A stretch of 64,000 bases of DNA from an uncultured Bacteroidales bacterium (GTDB taxonomy: Bacteria; Bacteroidota; Bacteroidia; Bacteroidales; B18-G4), in NCBI GenBank assembly GCA_963753835.1, contig CAVWDP010000002.1, positions 611,578 to 675,577 on the forward strand, written 5' to 3'. The notes below the pieces were generated by a model, which was given only the letters and a program-made list of their open reading frames with translations, did not search any database and was not told the origin of the DNA. Made by a program: the position numbers and the translations under genes. Each line of letters begins with the position of its first letter. Position 1 is the first letter of the stretch. This document shows, in pieces, positions 31,513-43,182 of the stretch.

Positions 31513-31872
31513 TCATTCATGCTGAATCTCACTTTCTATCACGCTTAACCTGGTGATGACCTCTTCGTAAATCTCGTTGATAGCTTCCATATCCTGCCTG
31601 TAATAGGCCATGCTGCTATCAAATTGCTCCTTACTAACTTCATAGCTGGTAAAGATGGCATAATAATAGGCTTCCCTGGTTTCTGCGATCTCGTGTCCCC
31701 GGTTTTCTTTTTGTCGAAGGGCGGCTTCAGCAATTTCCACATCCGCCATAATAAGGACGATTTTATCTTTATCTATCAGATTATCAGGTGGAGTACTCTT
31801 TGTGTCATCGTATGTTGAATAGCAGGATGAGAGTAATAGCAAGCCTGAGAGTAAGAAAATAGTTTTTCTCAT
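31513..31872 (-). CDS. DUF4296-like lipoprotein
   Basis: MRKTIFLLSGLLLLSSC lipobox. DKIVLIMADVEIAEAAL motif. Confidence 0.5.
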   Translation of the reverse strand: MRKTIFLLSGLLLLSSCYSTYDDTKSTPPDNLIDKDKIVLIMADVEIAEAALRQKENRGHEIAETREAYYYAIFTSYEVSKEQFDSSMAYYRQDMEAINEIYEEVITRLSVIESEIQHE

Positions 31873-31885
31873 ATGGAGAGAGTGA

Positions 31886-34087
31886 TCAATTGCCAACATC
31901 CGACATGAATTTTATTCTCATTAACCTGATCTCTTCCTCAGAGAATTCTTCTTCACCCAGTTCTTCGAGTGCATCATCTATGGAATCTGATTCAGCTTCG
32001 CTAAAGTAATCATAGATCTCTTCCTGGTGGTATTCATCCATGTACTCGGCGATGTAATAGTTGATATCGATCTTTGTTCCCGAGGAAACAATGTGTTCAA
32101 GCTCAACCAGGAGTTCGCTGAGCGTGAGATTTTTAGCTTCAGCAAGATCGTTGAGGGAGATCTTCCGGTCGATATTGGTGATGATGAATACTTTAAGCCC
32201 TGATTTGTTCACAACGGATTTTACCACCATGTCGTTGGGCCGGATAATATCATTCTCTTCAACATATTGAGCGATCAGCTCAAGAAATGGTTTCCCGTAT
32301 TTGTGTGCTTTGCCTGCACCCACACCGGTGATTTGCTGGAGCTCATCTTCCTTAATGGGATATTGAATGGCCATATCTTCAAGAGATGGATCCTGGAAGA
32401 TGACAAATGGAGGCAGGTTTTCTTTCTTCGATATGTCTTTTCTCAGATCCTTGAGCATGGTGAACAAGGTCTTATCAGCTGTGCTGGTCTTATGACTGCT
32501 GGCAAATACTTCATCCTCGTCATTCTCATAATCATGGTCCTGGGCAAGCATGATGGAGAAAGGCTTCTTGATGAAATCCTCACCTTCAGTACTGATCTTT
32601 AACAAACCATAATTATCAATGTCTTTGATGAGCATTTTCCGGATGAGGGCCTGTTTGATGACAGCATTCCAGTATTTTTCGTCACGGTCGGCCCCTTTGC
32701 CATAGATCTCCAGCTTATTATGCTTGTAGGATTTAACAGCAGCAGTATTTTTCCCAATCAGTACGTTGGCAATATGTTTGGCTTTGAAAAGCTGATTCAT
32801 GGATACCACTGCCTCCAGCACAGTTTTAATATCAGGGCTGGCTTCAGACTTTTTCTTAGGATTCAGGCAGTTATCGCAGGCCCCGCAATTTTCCTTTGTA
32901 TAGGGCTCCCCGAAGTAATGTAGCAAGAGCTTATGCCTGCATTCAGCTGATTCTGCATAGGACACAGTTTCCTGCAGCAATTCTTTGGCGATCTCCTGTT
33001 CTGCCACTGGCTTTCCTTTCATGAACTTCTCCAGCTTGATGATGTCGTCATAACTGTAGAATGCAATGCAATTTCCTTCACCATCATCCCGTCCGGCCCT
33101 TCCGGTTTCCTGGTAGTAGCTTTCTATACTTTTCGGGATGTCGTGATGAATAACGAACCTGACATCTGGTTTATCGATGCCCATACCAAAAGCAATGGTG
33201 GCCACGATCACATCTACCTCTTCCATCAGGAATTTATCCTGGTTAGTTTTCCTTGTTATCGAATCAAGTCCGGCATGGTAGGGCAGGGCACGGATGCCAT
33301 TTACCTGGAAGGCATCAGCAAGCTCCTCCACCTTTTTCCTGCTCAGGCAGTAAACGATTCCAGATTTCCCCAGGTGGCCTTTGATGTACCTGATAATATC
33401 ATGAATAACACTTTTAACCTTGGGCCTGATCTCATAATACAGGTTAGGCCTGTCGAAGGATGACATATATACTGCGGCATCCAGGATCTCAAGATTTTTT
33501 TGGATGTCATGCTGTACCTTTGGTGTAGCTGTGGCTGTAAGCGCCATTACAGGGACCTTTTGTCCAATGGTATTGATGATGGGGCGCAACCTTCTGTATT
33601 CCGGCCTGAAATCGTGACCCCATTCTGAGATACAATGCGCTTCATCGATGGCATAAAATGAGATCTCAATGCTTTTGAGGAATTCGATATTATCTTCCTT
33701 GGTAAGTGATTCCGGCGCTACATATAAGAGTTTGGTTTTCTTTTCGATCAGGTCGGTCCTGACCTGGGTCAGCTCGGCTTTGGATAAGGAAGAATTCATT
33801 ACATGAGCAATGCCTTCGTCGGTGCCAAAGTTTCTGATGGTGTCAACCTGGTTCTTCATCAGGGCAATCAGGGGGGATATGATAATGGCGGTACCATCCT
33901 TGATCAGGGCAGGGAGCTGATAACACATAGACTTGCCTCCGCCTGTGGGCATGATGACAAATGTATCTTTTCCTTTAAGTACATTTTCAATAATTGCTTC
34001 CTGGTTTCCTTTAAAGCTATCGAACCCGAAAATCTTCTTCAATAATCCGTGCAGGGAGTGTTCCATAGTCTCAGCCATATTCATCAA
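31886..34087 (-). CDS. recQ: ATP-dependent DNA helicase RecQ
   Basis: 733 aa. FRGNQ-like start (FKGNQEAII), PTGGGKS, DEAH, the zinc-binding CRH...CGACDNC region and a C-terminal HRDC region. Confidence 0.95.
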   Translation of the reverse strand: MMNMAETMEHSLHGLLKKIFGFDSFKGNQEAIIENVLKGKDTFVIMPTGGGKSMCYQLPALIKDGTAIIISPLIALMKNQVDTIRNFGTDEGIAHVMNSSLSKAELTQVRTDLIEKKTKLLYVAPESLTKEDNIEFLKSIEISFYAIDEAHCISEWGHDFRPEYRRLRPIINTIGQKVPVMALTATATPKVQHDIQKNLEILDAAVYMSSFDRPNLYYEIRPKVKSVIHDIIRYIKGHLGKSGIVYCLSRKKVEELADAFQVNGIRALPYHAGLDSITRKTNQDKFLMEEVDVIVATIAFGMGIDKPDVRFVIHHDIPKSIESYYQETGRAGRDDGEGNCIAFYSYDDIIKLEKFMKGKPVAEQEIAKELLQETVSYAESAECRHKLLLHYFGEPYTKENCGACDNCLNPKKKSEASPDIKTVLEAVVSMNQLFKAKHIANVLIGKNTAAVKSYKHNKLEIYGKGADRDEKYWNAVIKQALIRKMLIKDIDNYGLLKISTEGEDFIKKPFSIMLAQDHDYENDEDEVFASSHKTSTADKTLFTMLKDLRKDISKKENLPPFVIFQDPSLEDMAIQYPIKEDELQQITGVGAGKAHKYGKPFLELIAQYVEENDIIRPNDMVVKSVVNKSGLKVFIITNIDRKISLNDLAEAKNLTLSELLVELEHIVSSGTKIDINYYIAEYMDEYHQEEIYDYFSEAESDSIDDALEELGEEEFSEEEIRLMRIKFMSDVGN

Positions 34088-34101
34088 AACTTAAAAAACA
34101 A

Positions 34102-34109
34102 TATCTTTG
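34102..34109 (+). promoter_or_regulatory. -7 box TATCTTTG
   Basis: TAnnTTTG about 150 nt upstream of the kdsD start. Assigning it to kdsD is tentative. Confidence 0.3.
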
Positions 34110-34257
34110 TAGGGCCAGAGTAAAAATTATCAGGAATATTTAACGTTATTATTACACTATTGATGTTATTCATATTTAATCAAGTCTAAGAACTTTATTC
34201 CCGTTAAAACAAATATAACGATAAAAACTTCTTTTTGGAAGAAAAAATTTTAAAAAA

Positions 34258-35229
34258 GTGTTAATAAAATCAGCAGAAGAAATTCAGGCCATCGCAATTG
34301 CAACCATTGATAATGAGGTAAATGCAATTTCTGACTTAAAATCCTCCATAAATAGTGATTTCGTTAGCTGTGTTGAGCGCATCATTCAATCGGATGGCAG
34401 GGTGATCCTGACAGGTATTGGAAAAAGTGCCATTATAGCCCAGAAGATCGTATCTTCTTTAAACTCCACAGGAACACCATCCATCTTCATGCATGCGGCA
34501 GATGCAGTTCATGGCGACCTAGGGATCATTCGGGAGGATGATATTATTATATGCCTGTCGAAAAGCGGTGAAACGCCTGAGATCAAAGTGCTGGTCCCCC
34601 TGCTGAAAAACAGGAAGAACCTATTGATAGCCATGGTAGGGAACAAAGCGTCTTATTTAGCCAAACAAGCCGACCTGATCCTCGACACAACGGTTGAAAA
34701 GGAAGCCTGTCCGAATAATCTTGCTCCTACAGCCAGTACAACATCACAGCTGGTTATGGGTGATGCGCTGGCTATGGCACTACTATCATGCCGGGGCTTT
34801 ACAGCGGAAGACTTTGCACGATTTCACCCCGGAGGCTCACTGGGTAAACGAATGTATCTGAAGGTTTCAGACCTCTATACCCAAAATGAAAAACCTGTTG
34901 TAAGTCCCGGGGATGATGTAAAAACAGTGATCATGGAGATCTCATCCAAACGCCTGGGAGCTGCAGCTGTAGTTAAGGGAAATGAACTTATCGGCATCAT
35001 CACCGATGGTGACCTGAGGAGAATGCTGGAACAGAAAGCAGACATGGAAACCCTGACTGCTGAAGACATCATGACAGCCAACCCTCAGAGAATAGATGAG
35101 GAGGAGCTGGTAGTGAATGCACTTGAACTGATGCGTGAGAACAAAATTACCCAGCTACCTGTTTTAAAGAATGGGGTTTATGTTGGTGTAGTGCACATGC
35201 ATGACATAGTGAAAGAGGGGATCATCTGA
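34258..35229 (+). CDS. kdsD: KpsF/GutQ-family arabinose-5-phosphate isomerase (SIS plus 2 CBS domains)
   Basis: 323 aa, GTG start. GIGKSAIIAQK and SKSGET SIS motifs, with tandem CBS domains at the C-terminus. Confidence 0.85.
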   Translation: MLIKSAEEIQAIAIATIDNEVNAISDLKSSINSDFVSCVERIIQSDGRVILTGIGKSAIIAQKIVSSLNSTGTPSIFMHAADAVHGDLGIIREDDIIICLSKSGETPEIKVLVPLLKNRKNLLIAMVGNKASYLAKQADLILDTTVEKEACPNNLAPTASTTSQLVMGDALAMALLSCRGFTAEDFARFHPGGSLGKRMYLKVSDLYTQNEKPVVSPGDDVKTVIMEISSKRLGAAAVVKGNELIGIITDGDLRRMLEQKADMETLTAEDIMTANPQRIDEEELVVNALELMRENKITQLPVLKNGVYVGVVHMHDIVKEGII

Positions 35230-35244
35230 TAAAATTGGAGTGAA

Positions 35245-35592
35245 ATGAGTGAAAAGATAAAGGAATACAATGCTTACATGCAGATGATGAATGAGCGTTT
35301 GTTATCTGCTGAAAATAACAAGATCATCAAGCGGATATTTAACCTTGACACCAATACTTATATGGATGGGGCACTTGATAGCCGTACCAAAGAAATGCTT
35401 GGATTGGTTGCTTCCATGGTGTTGCGCTGTGATGATTGTATCAAATACCACCTGATCCAATGCCATGAACAAGGTGTGAAAAGTGAAGAGATCATGGAGA
35501 TCTTTGGAGTTGCGAACCTTGTTGGTGGTACCATCGTCATACCCCATACACGAAGAGCTCTTGAGTTCTGGGAAGAGTTGCAATCAGCCTAA
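35245..35592 (+). CDS. Carboxymuconolactone decarboxylase / AhpD-like family protein
   Basis: 115 aa with the CDDCIKYH CxxC motif. Confidence 0.7.
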   Translation: MSEKIKEYNAYMQMMNERLLSAENNKIIKRIFNLDTNTYMDGALDSRTKEMLGLVASMVLRCDDCIKYHLIQCHEQGVKSEEIMEIFGVANLVGGTIVIPHTRRALEFWEELQSA

Positions 35593-35698
35593 TTAAGTAT
35601 TAAAAACATCAGGCTGCCTATGATGGCGCTAAGTACGAGGGAATGAAATTTCAAGTAAATCTGCGTATTATCTTTTTCCTGCTTGATGGCTGTGGGGC

Positions 35699-38122
35699 TT
35701 GCTCATGCCCATACAAGCCCAGGTTACAAAGATCATGGGCAGGATAACAAATGCTGAAACGGGAGAACCCATACCTTTTGTTAATGTTTTTTTTGAAGGA
35801 ACAAACATTGGGGCAACATCTGATTTTGAAGGTGATTTTGCCATTGAAACATTTTCACCCGGTGATTCCCTTACTGCATCTTTTGTAGGCTATGTGTCCC
35901 AGAGTATGCGCATTACTCCAAAGATCTTTCAGCAAGTTGACTTTGCATTGGATCCCGACAAGATCTTACTGGAAGAGGTGGTCATCCTTCCCGGCGAAAA
36001 TCCTGCGGAGGTGCTGCTTAGGAAAGTGATTGAAAACAAAGACAAAAATAATAAAAAGGAATTTGAGGCTTACGAATTCGAGGTGTATACCAAGGTGCAG
36101 TTCGATGCCAACAATATAACTGAGAAATTGCAGGAGCGGAAACTGATCAAGCCCTTTGAATTCATTTTTGACTACATGGATACTTCCACCCTGAATGGAA
36201 AGGCATACCTGCCTATATTTCTTTCAGAGACCATGTCGAGCATCTATTATAGGAAACAACCGAAAGAAAGATTGGAAATCATCGTGGCTTCTAAGCTTTC
36301 CGGAGTTGAAAATGAAAGCATTACACAGTTTTTGGGAGACCTCAACACCAGTGTAAATATCTATGATAATTATGTTACCATCTTTCAAAAGAATTTCATT
36401 TCACCTATAGCTAACTCCGGACTTGGCTATTACCGTTACTATCTTGTTGACAGTATGTATATTGATAATCAATGGTGTTATCACATGATGTTTAAACCAC
36501 GCCGGAAACAGGAGCTCACCTTTTCAGGTACTTTCTGGGTGCACGACACCACTTTTGCTATCAAAAGCGTTGAGATGGAAATGGCGGGGGATATGAATCT
36601 GAACTTTGTGAGTGCCGGAATGGTCAGACAGGAATATAATCTGATTGATGGGCAATACTGGATGTTGACCAAAGATTACCTGATGGGGGATTTCAATTTT
36701 ACCAAGAAATCACGAACCATAGGTGTATATGGGCACAGGACTACTTCCTCCAGGAATTTTGTTTTAAATCAACCCAGGGAGGATCAATTTTATAAGAGTC
36801 CTGTGGCTGTTGTGGTGGAGGAGGATGCCATGGATAGGGACGATGCATACTGGGAGATTGCACGGCACGATAGCCTTACCAGCAGGGAAAATGGTATTTA
36901 TGAGATGATCGACTCCATAAAAAGCATTCCGTTGTTTGAAACATACATGGACCTTGGGTATATGCTGATCAATGGTTATTATATCTGGGGTAATTTCGAG
37001 CTTGGCCCTTATTATAAGTTGATCAGTTTTAATGATATCGAGGGGACACGGTTCCGTTTTGGAGGAAGAACAAGCAATCAGTTCAGCACAAAGCTGATGC
37101 TCGAGGGGCACGCGGCCTATGGAACAAAAGATAAGAGGATGAAGTATGGGCTTGGGTTTCTGTATATGTTCGACAAAAACCCACGCAGGGCACTCAGTGG
37201 TTCCTATTTGTTCGATATGGTGCAACTGGGGCAAAGCCAGGATGCATTTAGCCAGGAGAACTTTTTTTCAGTGTTTTTCAGGCGAAATCCAGCCAATAAG
37301 CTATCCATGCTGGAGCGTTATCAGCTGGCCTATGAACATGAATGGGTACAGGGCTTTTCTACTACCTTTAGCTTTGCTCACCGCAAGCTATTCCCCGTTG
37401 GGGATAACACCTTCGTGGTTTACCCCGAACCTGATCAGCCAACGGTGGAGGATAATATTATCTCTGCTGAAGCTGGACTGAAGATTCGCTGGGCACATAA
37501 AGAGCGCTATATTCTTGGAGAATTTACAAGGATCACCATCGGGACCAAATATCCTATTTTTGAAGTGAATTACGCTTATGGTGTCCCGGGAATATTTGGG
37601 AGCGAATATGAATATCAAAGGTTGCAGTTGCAAATAAGGCAGTGGTTTAATGTGTTCTCTATCGGCTGGTCGAAATATATTTTTGAAACAGGCAAGATCT
37701 GGGGCACATTACCGTATCCACTGTTAAAGCTTCAGCCGGCCAATGAAACTTTCCTTTTCGATGAATTTGCCTATAATCTGACGAACTATTATGAATTTAT
37801 TCACGATGAGTATATCAGCTTGTATTATACCCACCATTTCGACGGATTATTTCTCAACCATATTCCCCTTTTGCGCAAATTGAAATGGAGAACTGTGATC
37901 CATGGCAGAGCATTGCTTGGATCACTCACTGATGCCAATAAAGCGTATTCAGACTTTCCCGGTGACCAGGTCGAATCGGCAAAACCATATTATGAAGCAG
38001 GAGCAGGAATTGAGAATATCTTTAAGTTTATCAGGGTTGATGCCATCTGGCGATTGAGCCACCGTGATACACAACCGAATAGAAATTTCGGGGTATTTAT
38101 TTCAGCAGCATTTTCTTTTTAG
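35699..38122 (+). CDS. CarboxypepD_reg-like plus DUF5686-type outer-membrane protein
   Basis: N-terminal [34 protein letters not shown]. The large C-terminal region ends in an aromatic residue (AAFSF). The likely signal peptide is encoded out of frame upstream (see findings). Confidence 0.7.
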   Translation: MLMPIQAQVTKIMGRITNAETGEPIPFVNVFFEGTNIGATSDFEGDFAIETFSPGDSLTASFVGYVSQSMRITPKIFQQVDFALDPDKILLEEVVILPGENPAEVLLRKVIENKDKNNKKEFEAYEFEVYTKVQFDANNITEKLQERKLIKPFEFIFDYMDTSTLNGKAYLPIFLSETMSSIYYRKQPKERLEIIVASKLSGVENESITQFLGDLNTSVNIYDNYVTIFQKNFISPIANSGLGYYRYYLVDSMYIDNQWCYHMMFKPRRKQELTFSGTFWVHDTTFAIKSVEMEMAGDMNLNFVSAGMVRQEYNLIDGQYWMLTKDYLMGDFNFTKKSRTIGVYGHRTTSSRNFVLNQPREDQFYKSPVAVVVEEDAMDRDDAYWEIARHDSLTSRENGIYEMIDSIKSIPLFETYMDLGYMLINGYYIWGNFELGPYYKLISFNDIEGTRFRFGGRTSNQFSTKLMLEGHAAYGTKDKRMKYGLGFLYMFDKNPRRALSGSYLFDMVQLGQSQDAFSQENFFSVFFRRNPANKLSMLERYQLAYEHEWVQGFSTTFSFAHRKLFPVGDNTFVVYPEPDQPTVEDNIISAEAGLKIRWAHKERYILGEFTRITIGTKYPIFEVNYAYGVPGIFGSEYEYQRLQLQIRQWFNVFSIGWSKYIFETGKIWGTLPYPLLKLQPANETFLFDEFAYNLTNYYEFIHDEYISLYYTHHFDGLFLNHIPLLRKLKWRTVIHGRALLGSLTDANKAYSDFPGDQVESAKPYYEAGAGIENIFKFIRVDAIWRLSHRDTQPNRNFGVFISAAFSF

Positions 38123-38123
38123 T

Positions 38124-38131
38124 TAACTTTG
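38124..38131 (+). promoter_or_regulatory. -7 box TAACTTTG upstream of lptB
   Basis: TAnnTTTG ends only 8 nt before the ATG at 38140. Confidence 0.4.
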
Positions 38132-38139
38132 ATCAGCTT

Positions 38140-38865
38140 ATGAAATTAAGAACTGAAAATCTCATTAAAAAATATGGCAAGCGGACGGTAGTCAGGGATG
38201 TGTCTTTCCATGTGGACCAGGGAGAGATTGTTGGTTTACTCGGACCCAACGGGGCAGGGAAAACCACTTCTTTTTATATGATCGTGGGCCTGATCAAACC
38301 TTATTCAGGTAAGGTATTCCTGGATGATACCGAGATCACCGACTATCCAATGTATAGAAGGGCTCAGGCAGGTATTGGATACCTGGCCCAGGAAGCTTCT
38401 GTTTTCCGGAAATTGAGCGTAGAGGATAATATCCGTGCCGTCCTCCAGTTCACTAAATTTTCTAAGGCTGAACAAAAGGATCGTTTAGAGTCACTTCTTG
38501 AGGAGTTCGGATTACAGCAGGTACGTCAGAGCTATGGCATTCAGCTATCTGGTGGGGAGCGAAGAAGAACAGAAATTGCACGGGCCCTGGCTGTTGATCC
38601 TCGTTTTATATTGCTTGATGAGCCTTTTGCTGGGGTTGATCCCATTGCAGTTGAAGATATACAGTCTATTGTCACAAAACTCATTGAGAAAAACATAGGT
38701 GTACTTATTACAGACCATAATGTTCACGAAACACTAAATATCACTCACAGAGCCTACCTGCTTTTTGAAGGAAGCATTTTGAAAGCCGGAACATCTGAGG
38801 AACTTGCCGAAGATGAGCATGTGAGGAAGGTGTACCTCGGAGAGAATTTCAATCTTAGACGTTAG
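38140..38865 (+). CDS. lptB: LPS export ABC transporter ATP-binding protein LptB
   Basis: 241 aa. [29 protein letters not shown], and the typical C-terminus [10 protein letters not shown]. Confidence 0.9.
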   Translation: MKLRTENLIKKYGKRTVVRDVSFHVDQGEIVGLLGPNGAGKTTSFYMIVGLIKPYSGKVFLDDTEITDYPMYRRAQAGIGYLAQEASVFRKLSVEDNIRAVLQFTKFSKAEQKDRLESLLEEFGLQQVRQSYGIQLSGGERRRTEIARALAVDPRFILLDEPFAGVDPIAVEDIQSIVTKLIEKNIGVLITDHNVHETLNITHRAYLLFEGSILKAGTSEELAEDEHVRKVYLGENFNLRR

Positions 38866-38874
38866 TTTCTTGTC

Positions 38875-39253
38875 CTTTTTTGCTTGTCCAAATCTTCCTT
38901 TGTACTTTTCCCTTGATGGATATTTCCTTTGGTACTTTTTTGCTTGTCCAAAAAAGTACCAAAAAAAGACATCCCCGGTCAATGCCTTCGATTTAGGGAT
39001 GGCTCTTTCAGACACTTTCTCCCTCAGGCTGCGCCCGGGTCCTTAAATGCTTCGCATTTATATGAATAATAACCTCAGATTCAGGAGATGTTCGGGCGGG
39101 GGGCAAGACAGAACGGCGGGCCAGCGATAGCGGGAATGCCCTTATCCGGGCGGGACAGGAGGAATGGCCCGTCCGAAAAGATAAGGGCAGGGAGTGGAGA
39201 AGCTTCGTTCTGACTAGATTTTTTGGTGACTTTTTTATCATGAAAAAAGTCAC
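38875..39253. repeat. Structured non-coding element between convergent genes (hairpin-flanked, GC-rich core)
   Basis: Direct repeat ttttttgcttgtccaaa occurs twice (38875-92, 38935-52). Hairpins GGTACTTTTTT-gcttgtcc-AAAAAAGTACC (38931-60) and GTGACTTTTTT-atcatg-AAAAAAGTCAC (39226-53). Long hairpin CCCTTATCCGGGCGGG...CCCGTCCGaaaaGATAAGGG (39139-87). Confidence 0.6.
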
Positions 39254-39326
39254 AAATAATGCTTTTGAAGACTTTGATCTTAGTTCTTTCATTTAATAAA
39301 GAGCAAAAGAATTGATTACTGTTCAC

Positions 39327-41634
39327 TTAAAATTCATAAATTAATTCCCCCATAATAAAACGACCTGGAGGCAATTTGCCTTTTCGGTCAATGGTCATGT
39401 CATTAAAGATATTCTGTACGGTCAGGGACAATCCGATCCTTTGTGGAAGCTTTTTACTTAATTTTATGTTGAACAGATGATGTGGGTCGATATATTGGGT
39501 ATTTTCATCATCATACCATTCTTTCCCTATAAATTGCCAGTCGAACAGCACATTCACCACTTTGTTTTGCCAGTTGATGGCCGCACCGGCCATGTTGATC
39601 GGAACCTCTATCAAGGATTTCCCTGTTAGGTCTTTATCTTCATTTACCGGGTCTTCGAATTCAAGAATACACGAATGGTTAGTGCTATAGTTTGCACTGA
39701 AAACAAGGTTTGAAAGTATTTCCCAATTGAGTGTGATTTCAGCTCCAATGATCTCTATTTCGGTTATGTTCTGTCGCTGAAGAACAGGCTTCAGGTCTGC
39801 TCCACCAGTTTCAACAGAGTCGCCGGTAGATACAAAATATTGAAAGTCATGACCTCTTGAATAATATACAGATGGCTCGATGGAGATCTTGTCGATGATC
39901 ATCCAGGTCAGCCCCAGCTCATAGTTGACAAGGCGCTCCGGTTTCAGTTCAGGGTTGGCTAGTTTAAATCCTTTGGAAATCTTGCCTGACTTAACAAGGT
40001 CATCGACCTTAGGTGGCATAAAACCGGACGTTATTGAAGCATAGATCCCTAAATCCTGGCGAATCTGATATTGCAAGGCCAACTTTGGGCTAAACTGAAC
40101 CCAGGAATGCTTACCAAACATGGCTGAAACATCTTTGATGAACCCGGTGTTATTTGTAGGATTATAAACGTCCTGGAAGCCATCATAAAACAGGGCATAG
40201 TCAAACCTTAATCCTGCAATGACAGCTAATTTTTTGAAAATCAGGAATTCATCCTGTATAAATATACCAACAAAAAGCAGGTTTCCACCATACTGTACTT
40301 CATCCGTAGAAGTACGGTAAACCTGCCTGGCATCCAGATCCCCCAATTTAACTTCAAAACCGCTCGTAAACAGGTGATGGCGGAAGAAGACACGGGAAAG
40401 GTTGAGCCAGATCCCATAATCGTTTTTTGTTGAATTTGTCTCCGATAACTTGTATTTTCTTGAACTGCTGAAACTTTCATTCTGATTTTTGAAGTCTTCT
40501 ACCTGATAGTATAGCTTTGTATTCAGCTTGAATCTTCCAGGTTGTCCGGTAAAGCTTGAAAGAAGTATTTGACTGTTGTATTGGTCATATGATCCTTCTT
40601 CCTCATAAACCTGGGTACCTGTGCCAAATTTTCCATTATAAAGCCGATAGCTGATGTCAAGCGATGTTACAGTATCGAAGCGGTAACCGGCCAATAATCC
40701 CGCACTGTATTCAAACAGATCAGCTTTGGAGTCCATATGTATCACGGGTTTCTTCAGGTTCCAGGATATAGCCATCCCCTTTTCGGAGAAATCCGTTCAT
40801 TTTCCAGTAAAAACCTGATTCTTTATGCCGGCCAGCTCCGCCAAGATCAAGTGCCCCCCCATAAGTACCTAAAGACCCTCCAAAGGCGCTGACATTACCC
40901 TCAATGGGTTTGATGGGTTTTTTAGTCGTGATATTTATAACGCCTGCCATGGCATTGTTACCGTATATGGCAGAGCTGGGGCCTTTAACTATTTCAATGT
41001 TGTCGATCTGATTTGGTTCAATGAAATTCCAATTCACGGAGCCACCAGCGGCCTTATTCATGGGTACACCATCGAGCAGGATAAGTGTCCTGGAACTGCC
41101 CGGCAACCCACGCATGGTGACACTGGCACTTTTAGAAAAAATTCCCCAGGGCCTGTGTACATAAACATTGGCAATACCCCTGAGGAGATCATCGGTATTC
41201 AGGGCCGGGATCTGCTCAACCAGCTGCTTCGAGATCAGGCCAACCCTGGCCGGCATCAAAGAAAGTTTTCTCCTGGTAAGTGTTGCTGTGATGGTAACAG
41301 GATCGATCTCGACGACCACCGGCCGTACCATGAAGCTTAGTTCAGCGGTTTCAGTATGCAGGTCAATTTGTGTGTTGTAATCAAGATAGCCAATATGCGA
41401 GATAGATAATGTATATGTTCCTGAAGGAAGTTCAGGAAAAGTGAAAAGTCCTTTGCTATCAGTTACGGTACCAAGCTGCAGCTCCCCGATGATCACATGA
41501 GCATCGGTTAACGGACTTTTACTATAGGCATCCATCACCCTTCCTTTCAGCAAAAGGTCTCCGTCTGCCTTTGTGCTTTGCTGAAAAATGAGGAGGGATA
41601 TCCCAAATAATAAAATAGTCAGGAACCGACTCAT
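39327..41634 (-). pseudogene. TonB-dependent receptor (CarboxypepD_reg + plug + barrel), one frameshift near 40733-40745
   Basis: The N-terminal ORF (40720-41634) has the signal, LKGRVMD..., and a plug (TMRGLPGSSRTLILLDGVPMN). The barrel ORF (39327-40775) ends ...GRFIMGELIYEF. The two overlap in different frames. Confidence 0.8.
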
Positions 41635-42528
41635 CTATGGTTGGGTTTTTAGGCTGATGTTCACGCTGCCCTCCTGGGCTCCATTTACTGCATTGACTTT
41701 GAAGATTCCCAGCCTGCCTTCCTGGGTACGGAAAGTGTAGATATCATCAAGCTTCAGTTTCTTGGCCTTCCTCTTAGCTTCCCCTTCATCATAATTGGCA
41801 ATGATGATACTGTCGTTTATAGCGTTATTGAAGTCATCTGCCGCGAGAGATGTTTTCATATAACGTGTTGTATTTATTGATTCCCAGTTGGCAGGATTAG
41901 TAGGAAAGATACCATCTTCAATATTGGCACCCGGTGAGGCAATGGTGTTCTTGTCGATATCATCATAAAAACATAGCATATCGATCCCGGCCTGTAGTGA
42001 AGTATCAGCATCAACGACCTGGTAGAAGTACATCATATTGTTGGCGATATCAAAGCATCCACCAGATTGCTGATTGTCCTGTGCCCCGAATTCAACAGGG
42101 CCATATTCCACGAGAGGAGTATATTGTGCATTGGTGTCCAGGCTTATTTTAATGCTTGTTGATGCAGCATTGCCTTCGCTGTCGCGAACGATAAAATTCC
42201 AATCTTCAACAGGGGCAAGGGTTTTTATAAATATCCCTTCCCACACAAAGTAGGAAGTATTCATACCCGTGTCGAAATACCTGCTGACGCTATCTGAATA
42301 CACTTCGATAAGGAAATTGGTAATGTTCAGGTCGCTGCCCTGCATCAATACCTTCAGGCGGATATCACTTCCTGAAGAAAGTATGGTATCACCAAAAATA
42401 TATCCGTTTTCTTCTACCAGCACGAGGTCAGGAGGGAGATGTTCTACCGTTTTTTTGCAGGAAAAGCTTATGATGATGAGCATAGCCAGAAGGCCCGGCA
42501 TGATCAGGTAGTTGGGTGATCTTGTCAT
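41635..42528 (-). CDS. Hypothetical lipoprotein
   Basis: MTRSPNYLIMPGLLAMLIIISFSC lipobox. Its stop codon abuts the TBDR start codon. Confidence 0.5.
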   Translation of the reverse strand: MTRSPNYLIMPGLLAMLIIISFSCKKTVEHLPPDLVLVEENGYIFGDTILSSGSDIRLKVLMQGSDLNITNFLIEVYSDSVSRYFDTGMNTSYFVWEGIFIKTLAPVEDWNFIVRDSEGNAASTSIKISLDTNAQYTPLVEYGPVEFGAQDNQQSGGCFDIANNMMYFYQVVDADTSLQAGIDMLCFYDDIDKNTIASPGANIEDGIFPTNPANWESINTTRYMKTSLAADDFNNAINDSIIIANYDEGEAKRKAKKLKLDDIYTFRTQEGRLGIFKVNAVNGAQEGSVNISLKTQP

Positions 42529-42532
42529 GTTG

Positions 42533-43117
42533 TTATTGTTCGCTTGATTTAATAAAAGAGTTCTTAATGCTATATAAACCATAACCTAGCATGCCACCCA
42601 GCATTCCGAAAAGGAAGAAACTCAGGATGGTGTACGCAACACCAAATTTTACAAATGCCATATAAGGATGCCCTGATACCAGGTTCACCAGGAGGCGACT
42701 CAGGGGAATACACATATAAGCCATCCCTGATGCTATAGAGATTACAAATAATAGGCGAGATCTTTCCTTCCCAGCTAAATAAAACAGGTCAAGCACGATA
42801 CCAGGGAGCAAATAACTGAATGAATGTAAAACGGTTCCCTGTCCGATACCTGGGATCAGGAGCATGATACCAACACCAAGCATAGCCATCAAGCCTGCAT
42901 ACCTGATATCAGATGACAGGCGAACGAGAGAGATGATAGCCATGAACTCAAGTCCGTGGTGTCCGGGAATATTCAAAGGGATCCTTAAACTAAAATGCAA
43001 GTATGTTGCCAGTGCGCCTCCCATGACTAAAAGGAACAATTCCAGAACCAGTGGAATACTCCGGCTAAGAGATTGACCGGATGATGTCTTTATGGGTAAG
43101 TTTCCATTCATATTCAT
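42533..43117 (-). CDS. Hypothetical polytopic membrane protein (His-containing loop PGHHGLEF)
   Basis: 194 aa with five or six hydrophobic segments. No confident family. Confidence 0.5.
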   Translation of the reverse strand: MNMNGNLPIKTSSGQSLSRSIPLVLELFLLVMGGALATYLHFSLRIPLNIPGHHGLEFMAIISLVRLSSDIRYAGLMAMLGVGIMLLIPGIGQGTVLHSFSYLLPGIVLDLFYLAGKERSRLLFVISIASGMAYMCIPLSRLLVNLVSGHPYMAFVKFGVAYTILSFFLFGMLGGMLGYGLYSIKNSFIKSSEQ

Positions 43118-43182
43118 CGTGTATTTCAGTTTTTTGAGTGATTAAGATAGCTTTATGATCTTTTAATATTGGTCGTACCCAT

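Noticed and set aside
38734-39326. Three overlapping minus-strand ORFs (81-94 aa) between lptB and the TBDR gene
   Set aside because: They mutually overlap in different frames, have low-complexity basic sequences (KKVTKK, FFGQAKKY) derived from the T6/A6 hairpins, and have no promoter or start context.
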